From contig MGKV01000007.1 in NCBI GenBank assembly GCA_001795795.1, positions 14,553 through 76,806 of the forward strand: a stretch of 62,254 nucleotides of DNA. The letters are read 5' to 3'. Of the stretch, positions 8,272-17,030 are shown piece by piece. The translations under genes were made by a program, and so were the position numbers. The notes beneath the pieces are model-generated. The model saw only the letters and a program-made list of their open reading frames with translations. It searched no databases and was not told the DNA's origin. This stretch comes from Candidatus Yanofskybacteria bacterium RIFCSPLOWO2_02_FULL_45_18 (GTDB lineage: Bacteria > Patescibacteriota > Minisyncoccia > 2-02-FULL-40-12 > GWA2-44-9). Position 1 is the first letter of the stretch, and the number at the start of each line of letters is the position of its first letter.

Positions 8272-11016
8272 ATGAAAAAATATACATTTTTGGCCACCTT
8301 TTTGGCCGTTTCCGGTATTTTGATTACCGCATTTTTGCTGGGCGGCAATAGCCAGCCGGCAAATGCCCAAGCGGTTGCTCTTGAATTGAATGTTTCGGTC
8401 AGTCCGTATCCGCAGTATCCGGCCAGTCCGGTTACGATATCCGCTTCGGTTGCCGGTTCCCAAGGGCACCAGTTGCGCTATCGTTTTGACTGCACCAACG
8501 ACGGAACTTGGGATACCGAGATTACGCATGTTGCGACAACCGTTTCGGGGATATGTTACTATCCCGCGGTTGGCGGCTATGCCGCGCATATAAGCGTCCG
8601 GGATTTGGTTGACAACCGAAATGACACCACATTCGTGCAAATGGTTGTCGTGCCAACGCCGACTCATACTCCGACAATCACACCGACTCCCACAGTAACT
8701 CCGCCACCGGTTCACAATCCGAATATCCGTATTTTGGCCCCTTCTTCAGGCAAGGTTGAAAGACGCGTCCTGATAATCGGTTCCGGTTTTACCAAAGAGG
8801 ACAATTATATTGTCTTTGGTCCGGGCTATATTCCCATGCCGGAGGGTTCTTTGGTTGGGCGTATCATTGCCTTTAATATTCCAAAAGAAGTTGTATCTCC
8901 CGTTTGTTTGCCTCTCCAGCCGGAACCGTGTCCGCCAAGCCAGCGCATTGCCATAACTTCGGGTGAATACGCGGTATCGGTAACTAACCGTAACGGTACA
9001 AGCAACAGCAAAACCTTTACTGTTACTGGAGTAATTCCGCCGCGGACGGCCATCAAGGTTTTAACGCCCAATGGCGGCGAATCTTGGCTTTTGGGCAGTA
9101 AGCAAAAAATTTCATGGCAATCATTGGTTGCGTCGGCAAACAGCCGTGTTGACCAAATCAATCTTTTGCGCGGAGAAATTCCAGTTCTTAACATATTCCA
9201 ATTCCAAGAAGGCGGCGGCTTGCCCACCGTAGGTTCGCTTAATTGGCAGATACCTCAAAATCTTGTTCCGGCTGACAACTACCGCATCCAGGTAGTTATG
9301 GTTGCGGGCAGTCAAAAATTTGACGATTTTAGCGACAAACCTTTTGCGATTACCTCTGAAACCGGTATTTTAAGCGTTTATTTAAACCAAAAATTTTATT
9401 TGAAGGTTGGCCAAACCGCCGAGGTTCAGGACTACCGTAAATTGCATCTGACTTTTGACAAGGAAATACCGATCGTCTGCATTACAACGCCATGTTATAA
9501 CCAAGGCCAATTTTCCGTAAGCATTCCCTTCTTAAAAGTTCCGACGGTTACATTTAATTTGGCAGTTGGCCAGAGCCAAGAAGTGTATGGCGCGAAAGTG
9601 TCCATGTTGGCTTTGCAAAATGGCGTAGCCACTATGTTGGTGGAGGCAAAACCAATTCAGCCATCCGCAATTAAATTAATGTTCCCCAATGGCGGCGAAT
9701 CTTGGCAGGCCGGCTCAATTCAAATGATCAGGTGGAGCGCTGAAAATGTCAGCAAAGTAACTTTGAAATTAAGGCGCGATTTGACTGGCGATACGGTCAA
9801 AGGAATTGCGGAAAATCTTCCAAATACCGGCTATTATGTCTGGCAGGTTCCCCGCGATTTGCCCGGCGCTGATGATTACAGAGTGCGGGTTATCTCTGAT
9901 GGGGCATCCTCGGATGTAAGCGTGTGGCAAAAAATAGCAGATACATTTAGCAGTTCAGAGGCCGCTGAATCTGCGGTGTTGTTTGACGACAGCGACAAAC
10001 CTTTCAGTATTACCAGTCCGCAAGTTACGCCTACTGTCACTCCGACATCAACTCCTGATGTAACTGTTTCTCTCGGGGTTGTATCTCCGAACGGAGGAGA
10101 GGGTTGGATGCAGGGAGAATCTCACAAGATTAGCTGGCGGGTGTCCCAGAATCCCGATGGCGCATTGCAAAAATCGGGCATGTTCTGGAAGATCTCGCTA
10201 GTCAAGTATATCGTCTGCATTGCTTACCCATGCGTCAGTCCGGAGACCAAACTTATTGAATACGCGGTGTTGGACTTTTCCAGTCCGCAATCTTGGCAGT
10301 GGCTTCCCGTTCAAGATATTGAAGCAGGCAATTATCAGATTAAGGTCAGCTTAATGAGAGAAAAACGCTGTTTGACGATCATTAACTGTCCGAAAGAAGA
10401 AATTGTCCAAGACCTCAGCGATAACTACTTTACCATTCTTCCCCTGCCCTCAACTCCAACTCCAACTCCAACATGTACTGTAGTTGATTGTGCCGCCCCT
10501 CCTCAAGGATGTACATATCAAGGCGGCGATCCCTGCGTTTCCTGCGGTGTTTTAGTTTGTTCTTCCATTACTCCAATTCCCACACTTACGCCAACTCCAA
10601 CGGGGTGTCTTGGCGGTCCGATCGGCTGTATCCGTATCACGGTCAATTATCCCAAGGGCGGGGAAACTTGGAATAACGGCACAACCCAAACGATCAAATG
10701 GTCTTATAACGGCGCTGTTGCGAAGGTAAACGTCGGCCTTATCAGCTGGTATCCGCTATGTACTGCGGAGATTTGTCCGGAACAGCCAGTGCGTCTTTAT
10801 ACTCTTGGCCGATCTGTGGCCAATACCGGCTCATTTGCTTGGATTGTCGGTAAGGACATCAACGGTCAGACGATAAGCAGCGGTAAATATCTGGTTCAGG
10901 TGTCCGATGCGGCAAGCGGCAGATCTGACTATAGCGACGGAGCGGTTTCAATATCTCCGCTGATCCTACAGAAGTCCACTATTTTAGATTCATTCCGCCA
11001 GCTCTTGGGCAATTAG
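8272..11016 (+). CDS. Large secreted/surface protein with repeated Ig-like beta-sandwich domains and P/T linkers
   Basis: Signal peptide; four P(N/K)GGE-x-W...W domains; IPT/TIG-like domain; (PT)n linkers. Confidence 0.85.
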   Translation: MKKYTFLATFLAVSGILITAFLLGGNSQPANAQAVALELNVSVSPYPQYPASPVTISASVAGSQGHQLRYRFDCTNDGTWDTEITHVATTVSGICYYPAVGGYAAHISVRDLVDNRNDTTFVQMVVVPTPTHTPTITPTPTVTPPPVHNPNIRILAPSSGKVERRVLIIGSGFTKEDNYIVFGPGYIPMPEGSLVGRIIAFNIPKEVVSPVCLPLQPEPCPPSQRIAITSGEYAVSVTNRNGTSNSKTFTVTGVIPPRTAIKVLTPNGGESWLLGSKQKISWQSLVASANSRVDQINLLRGEIPVLNIFQFQEGGGLPTVGSLNWQIPQNLVPADNYRIQVVMVAGSQKFDDFSDKPFAITSETGILSVYLNQKFYLKVGQTAEVQDYRKLHLTFDKEIPIVCITTPCYNQGQFSVSIPFLKVPTVTFNLAVGQSQEVYGAKVSMLALQNGVATMLVEAKPIQPSAIKLMFPNGGESWQAGSIQMIRWSAENVSKVTLKLRRDLTGDTVKGIAENLPNTGYYVWQVPRDLPGADDYRVRVISDGASSDVSVWQKIADTFSSSEAAESAVLFDDSDKPFSITSPQVTPTVTPTSTPDVTVSLGVVSPNGGEGWMQGESHKISWRVSQNPDGALQKSGMFWKISLVKYIVCIAYPCVSPETKLIEYAVLDFSSPQSWQWLPVQDIEAGNYQIKVSLMREKRCLTIINCPKEEIVQDLSDNYFTILPLPSTPTPTPTCTVVDCAAPPQGCTYQGGDPCVSCGVLVCSSITPIPTLTPTPTGCLGGPIGCIRITVNYPKGGETWNNGTTQTIKWSYNGAVAKVNVGLISWYPLCTAEICPEQPVRLYTLGRSVANTGSFAWIVGKDINGQTISSGKYLVQVSDAASGRSDYSDGAVSISPLILQKSTILDSFRQLLGN

Positions 11017-11031
11017 CATTTGCCGGTTCTT

Positions 11032-11069
11032 AACCAAAACTCCCCCGCCATGGCGGGGGAGTTTTGGTT
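11032..11069. terminator. Bidirectional terminator (perfect 38-bp palindrome)
   Basis: AACCAAAACTCCCCCGCCA|TGGCGGGGGAGTTTTGGTT between convergent genes. Confidence 0.8.
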
Positions 11070-11077
11070 GTAATCGT

Positions 11078-11629
11078 TTAAGCTTCTTCGTTTTTTTGCG
11101 CCAGAAGCTCCTTTATTTTAGCAAGTTCCAAATTGATTATGGAGCCGATTTGAGGGTCGCTTTGGCCGTGCGCGGGGTGATAGGTCGGAAGCAATGAATA
11201 ATCACCGAAGTGAAATACTTTTCCGTGGACATTGCCCAGAGGCAGTTTCAGGCCGATGCCGCTCAACGCCATAGTGCCCAGAGTTACCACAACTTTGGGG
11301 CCGATTGTTTTTATTTCTTCTTTTAGGAAGGGGACATTGGCTTTTATCTCTTTTAGGGTCGGGACGCGATCCGGCGAAGGCCGGTACTTGAGGATGTGGG
11401 TCACGTAAACCTTGCGGGGGTCAATGTTTGCTTTTCTAAGAAATTGGTTAAGCAGTTGGCCGCTTGGTCCGGCGAATGCTTTGCCCTCCCTTTCCTCATG
11501 TTCATCCGGCGACTCGCCGACAAAAGCTATCTTTGAGCCAATCAAACCATGGCCGAAAACCAGCTTTTTACCCTTGAACTTTTTTTTCAAGGCCTCCTGT
11601 ATGTGTTGTAATGAATGGGTTTTTACCAT
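11078..11629 (-). CDS. Uracil-DNA glycosylase family 4-like, cysteine-free
   Basis: FVGESP..EE..G..FAGPSG, KYRP, PTYHPA. Confidence 0.88.
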   Translation of the reverse strand: MVKTHSLQHIQEALKKKFKGKKLVFGHGLIGSKIAFVGESPDEHEEREGKAFAGPSGQLLNQFLRKANIDPRKVYVTHILKYRPSPDRVPTLKEIKANVPFLKEEIKTIGPKVVVTLGTMALSGIGLKLPLGNVHGKVFHFGDYSLLPTYHPAHGQSDPQIGSIINLELAKIKELLAQKNEEA

Positions 11630-11696
11630 GGGCCTCTACATATTTAAGTTAAGATCTCATCTTACACCATTATCTTATTTTTGACAAGCGCTTAAC

Positions 11697-11725
11697 TTGA
11701 TTGAGGAATCAAAATTTGGTATTAT
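11697..11725 (+). promoter_or_regulatory. Sigma70 promoter of tRNA-Ile
   Basis: TTGATT-17 nt-TATTAT with TG extension, 15 nt before the tRNA. Confidence 0.6.
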
Positions 11726-11740
11726 TCCTTTGATTAATTT

Positions 11741-11815
11741 GGGCGGCTAGTTCAGTGGTAGAACGCTGTCCTGATAAGACAGAGGTCGGAGGTTCGATCC
11801 CTCCGCCGCCCACCA
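11741..11815 (+). tRNA. tRNA-Ile(GAT)
   Basis: GGGCGGC/GCCGCCC acceptor stem, CTGTC-CTGATAA-GACAG anticodon arm, GGTTCGA, encoded CCA. Confidence 0.97.
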
Positions 11816-11861
11816 CTTATCCTCTTCTCTTTTCTTTTGTGTCCCGTTATACTTTTCTCAT

Positions 11862-12572
11862 ATGGATGAGGAGAAAAAAGGAAAATTGAATTTACCGGCT
11901 TCCAAACTGCCGGTTTACAAAGAAAAGGAAGATTTCCGCTCAACTTTTCAGTGGCGGGTTTTTCGCATAATGGCGGAGTTTGTTGATGGCTGGCAGTTTT
12001 TGGCGGACTTTCGGAATACCGTTTCTTTCTTTGGCTCCGCCCGTTTCAAAGAAGGCGAAAGATGGTATGAAGAGTCAAGGAAGCTGGGGGCTTTGTTGGC
12101 CAAGGAAGGGATAGGCGTGGTGACTGGGGGAGGGCCGGGGATCATGGAAGCCGGCAACCGCGGCGCTTTTGAAGCCGGAGGAGAGTCTTTGGGTATTAAC
12201 ATTAAATTGCCGTTTGAACAGCGTATTAATCCCTATGTCCAAAAGAGCATCGGCTTGCATTACTTTTTTGTCAGGAAAGTCATGTTGTCTTACGCGGCTA
12301 AGGCATATGTGTTTTTCCCCGGAGGATTCGGAACGTTAGATGAAGCTTTTGAGCTTTTAACACTTATTCAAACCAAGAAAATTGCGCCAGTACCATGCGT
12401 TCTTGTTGGTAAAGAATTCTGGACGCCTATGCATAAGTTTTTGAATGAGGAGATGCTCGGCAAACTAAAGGCTATTGACACGGAAGATCTTGGCTTGTAT
12501 TCTGTCGTAGATACCGCCGAAGAGGCGTTTGAAATAGTCCGCCACGCTCCACCGAGGGAGTTGTTCTATTGA
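11862..12572 (+). CDS. LOG-family (TIGR00730-like) nucleotide phosphoribohydrolase
   Basis: FGSAR, TGGGPGIMEAGNRGA, FFVRK, PGGFGTLDE. Confidence 0.93.
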   Translation: MDEEKKGKLNLPASKLPVYKEKEDFRSTFQWRVFRIMAEFVDGWQFLADFRNTVSFFGSARFKEGERWYEESRKLGALLAKEGIGVVTGGGPGIMEAGNRGAFEAGGESLGINIKLPFEQRINPYVQKSIGLHYFFVRKVMLSYAAKAYVFFPGGFGTLDEAFELLTLIQTKKIAPVPCVLVGKEFWTPMHKFLNEEMLGKLKAIDTEDLGLYSVVDTAEEAFEIVRHAPPRELFY

Positions 12573-12688
12573 AGCGAAAAGTGTAAAGTGAGAAGCGCAA
12601 AGTGAAAGTGAAAAGGATAGTAAAACTCCGCGAAAGCGGAGCGTTTTTATAAGGGGGGCTAAATATGGTATAATATTAAACATAATTT

Positions 12689-12759
12689 GGGCCCGTGGTC
12701 TAGTGGCAGAACACCGCATTTGCACTGCGGAGACGGGAGTTCGATTCTCCCCGGGTCCA
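12689..12759 (+). tRNA. tRNA-Ala(TGC), CCA not encoded
   Basis: GGGCCCG/CGGGTCC acceptor with G3-U70, CCGCA-TTTGCAC-TGCGG anticodon arm, GTTCGA. Confidence 0.96.
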
Positions 12760-12781
12760 CATTTTAGAAAAGCGCAAGGAA

Positions 12782-13474
12782 TTAGAGAATCTTTGTGGTT
12801 ATATTCTTTAAGTCACTCAATTTTGACAGGATATGATCTTCGGGTATGCCGTCTTTTGCGAATGTTTCTCTGGGAAGGCCGCCCGATGTTACGGCGACAA
12901 AGTCAATGCCTGTCTTTCGAGCCACTTCCATATCGGGCCACCAGTCGCCGACAAAGAGCATATTATCGCGCGGAATGTCGGGGACAGTAGAAAAAAGCTG
13001 GTGCAAGATTCTTATGTCCGGCTTGTAATATATGAAATGAGGCGTACAACAGATGACGAAAAGAGAAGGATCGATTTTTGCGGCATCAAAACGCAATGCC
13101 AGCGAAGACAGGGAATTGTTGGTGCAGATGGCAACCAACACTTTTTCAGTACGGAACCATTTTATTGTTTCAAGCGAGCCGGCAATTGGAGGATATGGGA
13201 AATGATATTCCCTTAATCCAAACTTTTGTCTGAATTCGCGCACTTTCTCTTCGTTGGCTGACCAGACATTTCTGATGATGTCGCCAAAACGCGGAGAGCC
13301 TTTATGCAGACCTGACCGCGTGTCATTTAAAAACCTGCGCAACGGTTCAAGGGGCAAGTCCATCTGACTGGCTACAACTTCCAGATTGGTTTGGAAATTA
13401 GCCACCAGATCCAGCATTACGCCGTCAACATCCAAAATTAGAAGTTTCAATTCTTTGTCAAAGATCTTTATCAC
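12782..13474 (-). CDS. HAD-superfamily phosphatase
   Basis: LDVDGVMLD, CTNN, KP, FVGDWWPD. Confidence 0.88.
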   Translation of the reverse strand: MIKIFDKELKLLILDVDGVMLDLVANFQTNLEVVASQMDLPLEPLRRFLNDTRSGLHKGSPRFGDIIRNVWSANEEKVREFRQKFGLREYHFPYPPIAGSLETIKWFRTEKVLVAICTNNSLSSLALRFDAAKIDPSLFVICCTPHFIYYKPDIRILHQLFSTVPDIPRDNMLFVGDWWPDMEVARKTGIDFVAVTSGGLPRETFAKDGIPEDHILSKLSDLKNITTKIL

Positions 13475-13549
13475 TTAACACACCTCGGCAATACAAAAAT
13501 AAGGTAACACAGCCTTGCTTTGAGGGCAAGAAAGAGTTTTAATTAAACC

Positions 13550-14578
13550 ATGATCAATTCTATCGGTGTAATACTTGTCGTTGTTTCTATCGCAGCGCTG
13601 GCCATGCTGGGGGTCAATATTTACCTGATGCTACAGTCGCGCAAGAAAAAGCCGGAAGACGAGGGGCGGGTGATTTTGCACCAGCGTTTGGACTCGCTTT
13701 CAAAACTGGTTTCAGATCAGCTTGAACAAAGCCGCCAGTCCACCGAACGGGCGACCTTGAGCGTGCATCAGCAGGTAGAGGGTTTTACGCGGGGCATGAC
13801 GCAGGTGCATGAGGCGGTGCGCACGATGCAGGAATCCGTCAAAAACGTAGTATCGTTTCAGGATATTTTCAAATCGCCCAAATTGCGCGGCACATGGGGC
13901 GAGCTTTCGCTGGACTCAATTTTAAATCAGTACTTTCCGAGGGATATTTATGAGATGCAGCACTATTTCAAATCCGGCGAAGCGGTGGATGCGGTTCTGA
14001 AACTGCCCAACGGCATGCTTTTGCCGATTGATTCCAAGTTCAATTGGGAAAATTTTGAAAAAATGGTCAATGCGGGCGACGATATAAACAAAGATATCCA
14101 TCGCAAACAGTTCTACAGCGATGTGAAGAAAAAAATTGACGAGATTGCATCCAAATACATTCTGCCGGCCGAAAGCACGACCGATATGGCAATGATGTAT
14201 GTGCCGGCGGAGACGATTTATTACGAAATCATCAATCATCTTAAGGACGTTGATTTGGCGTCTTACGCTCGCTCCAAGAAAATTTTCCTTGTTTCTCCCA
14301 ACACTTTTGCGATTTCGGTTAGCGCGGTGATGCATTGGTTCAAGGATGTTGAGTTCAACAAGCAGACCAAAGAAATCATGAAAAAGCTTGACCGCATTGT
14401 GACGGACAGCGACAAACTAGCCGAGGGCTTCCGCCGTTTGGGCAAACATATATCGGATGCCTCATCCGCCTACGAAGACAACGAAAAACGCCTGACCTTG
14501 ATGGTGGACAGAGTAAAGAACGTGGTAGAGTTGGGGCAAGCTGAAGAAACTCGCGGAATTGACGCGCCGAGGGTATAG
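13550..14578 (+). CDS. rmuC: DNA recombination protein RmuC family
   Basis: N-terminal TM, coiled coil, RGTWGE, PIDSKF, MYVPAE. Confidence 0.92.
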   Translation: MINSIGVILVVVSIAALAMLGVNIYLMLQSRKKKPEDEGRVILHQRLDSLSKLVSDQLEQSRQSTERATLSVHQQVEGFTRGMTQVHEAVRTMQESVKNVVSFQDIFKSPKLRGTWGELSLDSILNQYFPRDIYEMQHYFKSGEAVDAVLKLPNGMLLPIDSKFNWENFEKMVNAGDDINKDIHRKQFYSDVKKKIDEIASKYILPAESTTDMAMMYVPAETIYYEIINHLKDVDLASYARSKKIFLVSPNTFAISVSAVMHWFKDVEFNKQTKEIMKKLDRIVTDSDKLAEGFRRLGKHISDASSAYEDNEKRLTLMVDRVKNVVELGQAEETRGIDAPRV

Positions 14579-14649
14579 TTATCCACTTTTCAATTTACAC
14601 TTTTAGTTGGGGGGGTATAATTGAGGAGTATTAATTAATTTTTATAACT

Positions 14650-16584
14650 ATGGAACCTTCAAGTTCATCCGGTTCGGTTTTGAATAGCGGCAAGAGGTGG
14701 TTTTTAAAGACAATTTCTCTGGGAAAGTTTAGAATTCCCAACTACGGTTTTTGTATTTTTTTGGTTGTTTTAGTTTTCGGGGTTTATAAAGTTTACAGCC
14801 AATATGTTTTTGACTATAACAAAGGATTAGTGGCGGGCATTTCTAAGAAAATTTCTCCAACTCCTTGCCCGAAGGGAGGAAAATGTCCGGCGTATACGCT
14901 AACTCCGACCCCAACTCCGCTTCCGACGGGCGCCGCTTCTCTTGACATTGCGCTTTCTCCTCTTGCCGCCAGCGGCGCATATGTAAAAGGAACTCCAAAC
15001 GTAAATGTTGTTGCCTTTTTGCTGACTGCAGGAACTGAAGATGTGCATGTTAACGGTGTTACCTTAAACGGGTTGGCGGGGCCGTCTAATGGAAGTTTGG
15101 GTTCAAATTATGCCTCCCTTGCTTCAATGCTAGCAAACCTGCGGCTTTATGACGGATCCGGAACTCTTATTCCGGCATTAGTGACCAGCAATAACCTACC
15201 CACAACCGGCGCTGTAACTTTTGGTAATATGGACTGGGTCATCCCAACCGGAATACCAGGAACTCTTTTGTTAAAAGTTGACCTTTCCAACAACACTCCC
15301 GATGCAAACGACACTTTTTCTTTTGATTTGGAGTCCACGGCCAACATTGCGGCCTCAACAAGCACCCCGGGGGAAATCGTCAATGTTTCCGGTGCCGATT
15401 TGAATGGCTCTTCTACTGCCACAGTTGCGATTACTGTTTCAAACGGGGGTTTAATTGCGGTTTCCCAGGGTCCGGCCAGTCCGGCAAAGAGCGCAGTCTA
15501 TTGGGGTCAGACAAATGTTCCGTTCTCTCAATTTAGATTTACCGGCACCAACGAGGCTTTTTATATAGAGAAATTGACGATTGCCACGCTCGACCGCTTC
15601 GAAGCAACCGGAGCGGCCGCCAATGCCAAGACGATTTACCTGACTTACAGAAACATCGCTGGCAGTATTCTTACGGTAAGCCAATTACTATCCGGCGGCG
15701 CTTCCGCCAGTTTTGCGTGGACCGCTCCGGTGTCCGGAGGAACCGACACGAGGCCGTATATTGCCCAGAACAGCAGTTTGGATGCATCTGTGGCGGTTGA
15801 CATGAGAACGGCGGCGGAAGGCGCGTCAAGCGGAGTTAATTTTTCACTTGATTTCTCCAATACTTATAATGGCAGTCCGGCCAACGGTTTCAGGGCTATC
15901 GGAGCTTCTTCGGGCCAAGTTATTAACGGTTCTTCGCCGGGCATTACAGATGTCATGGGCGTGAATAACCAGTATGTCTATAGGGCATTCCCCAAATTAG
16001 ATATTATAGCTCTTCAGCCGCCTTATAATCTGGTCGGCAGTCCGACGGTGTTCAAGTTCTCCGTTACCGCTATGGGCCTTTCTGATTCCAAAGTATTCTT
16101 TGACAATCAAGCTCTTGGCTCCGGCTCCATTAGGTTTGAGGTCATTGCTTCGGGCGGTTATCAGAGCTCCGCTGTCAGTTCCTCATTTACGGTATACGAT
16201 GACAACGGAACGGTTATCGACACAATTACGACAAGAAACGACTTTAAGCCGTTGCCTCACGCATCTCTGTCTCTGGATTTCGGTCATACCGGCACGGGAC
16301 AGGATGTTGAAATTACCGGCGGCCAGTCCAAAACATTCAGGATTCAGTTTGATAACCCGGGCGTCCATTACGGCCATATCGGAAATTATTTCCAGCTGGT
16401 ATTGCGCGATGACGAAAACGGCCTGATCAATTGGGTAGATAATTTCACGGGTTCAATAACGAACCGTGATTCGGCATCAGTTGCCGGGACACTAAGGAAT
16501 CTTCCGATGAACGGTCCGGTATTTCAAAGACAGACGGCCAGTATTTGGGGGAAACTATTCGGCTTCATCGGAAAACTTTTCTAA
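14650..16584 (+). CDS. Membrane-anchored S-layer-like / beta-rich surface protein
   Basis: N-terminal TM, (TP)n linker, S/T/G/N-rich beta-strand domains. Confidence 0.75.
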   Translation: MEPSSSSGSVLNSGKRWFLKTISLGKFRIPNYGFCIFLVVLVFGVYKVYSQYVFDYNKGLVAGISKKISPTPCPKGGKCPAYTLTPTPTPLPTGAASLDIALSPLAASGAYVKGTPNVNVVAFLLTAGTEDVHVNGVTLNGLAGPSNGSLGSNYASLASMLANLRLYDGSGTLIPALVTSNNLPTTGAVTFGNMDWVIPTGIPGTLLLKVDLSNNTPDANDTFSFDLESTANIAASTSTPGEIVNVSGADLNGSSTATVAITVSNGGLIAVSQGPASPAKSAVYWGQTNVPFSQFRFTGTNEAFYIEKLTIATLDRFEATGAAANAKTIYLTYRNIAGSILTVSQLLSGGASASFAWTAPVSGGTDTRPYIAQNSSLDASVAVDMRTAAEGASSGVNFSLDFSNTYNGSPANGFRAIGASSGQVINGSSPGITDVMGVNNQYVYRAFPKLDIIALQPPYNLVGSPTVFKFSVTAMGLSDSKVFFDNQALGSGSIRFEVIASGGYQSSAVSSSFTVYDDNGTVIDTITTRNDFKPLPHASLSLDFGHTGTGQDVEITGGQSKTFRIQFDNPGVHYGHIGNYFQLVLRDDENGLINWVDNFTGSITNRDSASVAGTLRNLPMNGPVFQRQTASIWGKLFGFIGKLF

Positions 16585-16632
16585 AATAGTTGGGTCGCAT
16601 CCAAGGTCTGACCTTGGATGCGGGATAAAAAT

Positions 16633-16812
16633 ATGGCCGATCAACAACTTATTGATTACATTAAATCTTCTTTGACACAGGGTGTGACACAAGATTCGCT
16701 TATGCAAGCTCTTACCGTCAGCGGATGGACACAAGCCTAAATTGACGAGGCGTTTTCTGTTGTTCAATTCGCGAATCAAGCGCCCAAGCCAGTAATGCCG
16801 GCGGACGCTTGA
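16633..16812 (+). pseudogene. Truncated gene remnant with in-frame stop
   Basis: MADQQLIDYIKSSLTQG...LTVSGWTQA*IDEAF; the helical motif continues across TAA at 16738-16740. Confidence 0.7.
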
Positions 16813-17030
16813 GCCGTGGAAGCGCTATGGGGACAAAAAGATGACCGAGCATCTGGCTTCGGCGGAAATTGTCCGCTGTAATCTGGCGAAATGAGCCGTG
16901 TTTTATCGCGGTCCTTTTTTGTCTGAAATTTTTCCCTTGCTTTTCGGCAAGTTTTTTTGTATTCTATTTTACAATAAGCTAACTCCGCTTTTAATTATTG
17001 GCCATTCGCCAATGGTTATTGGCTGAACAC

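Noticed and set aside
16738..16740. In-frame stop as evidence of an alternative genetic code
   Set aside because: TAA, TAG and TGA all end conserved genes at expected positions.
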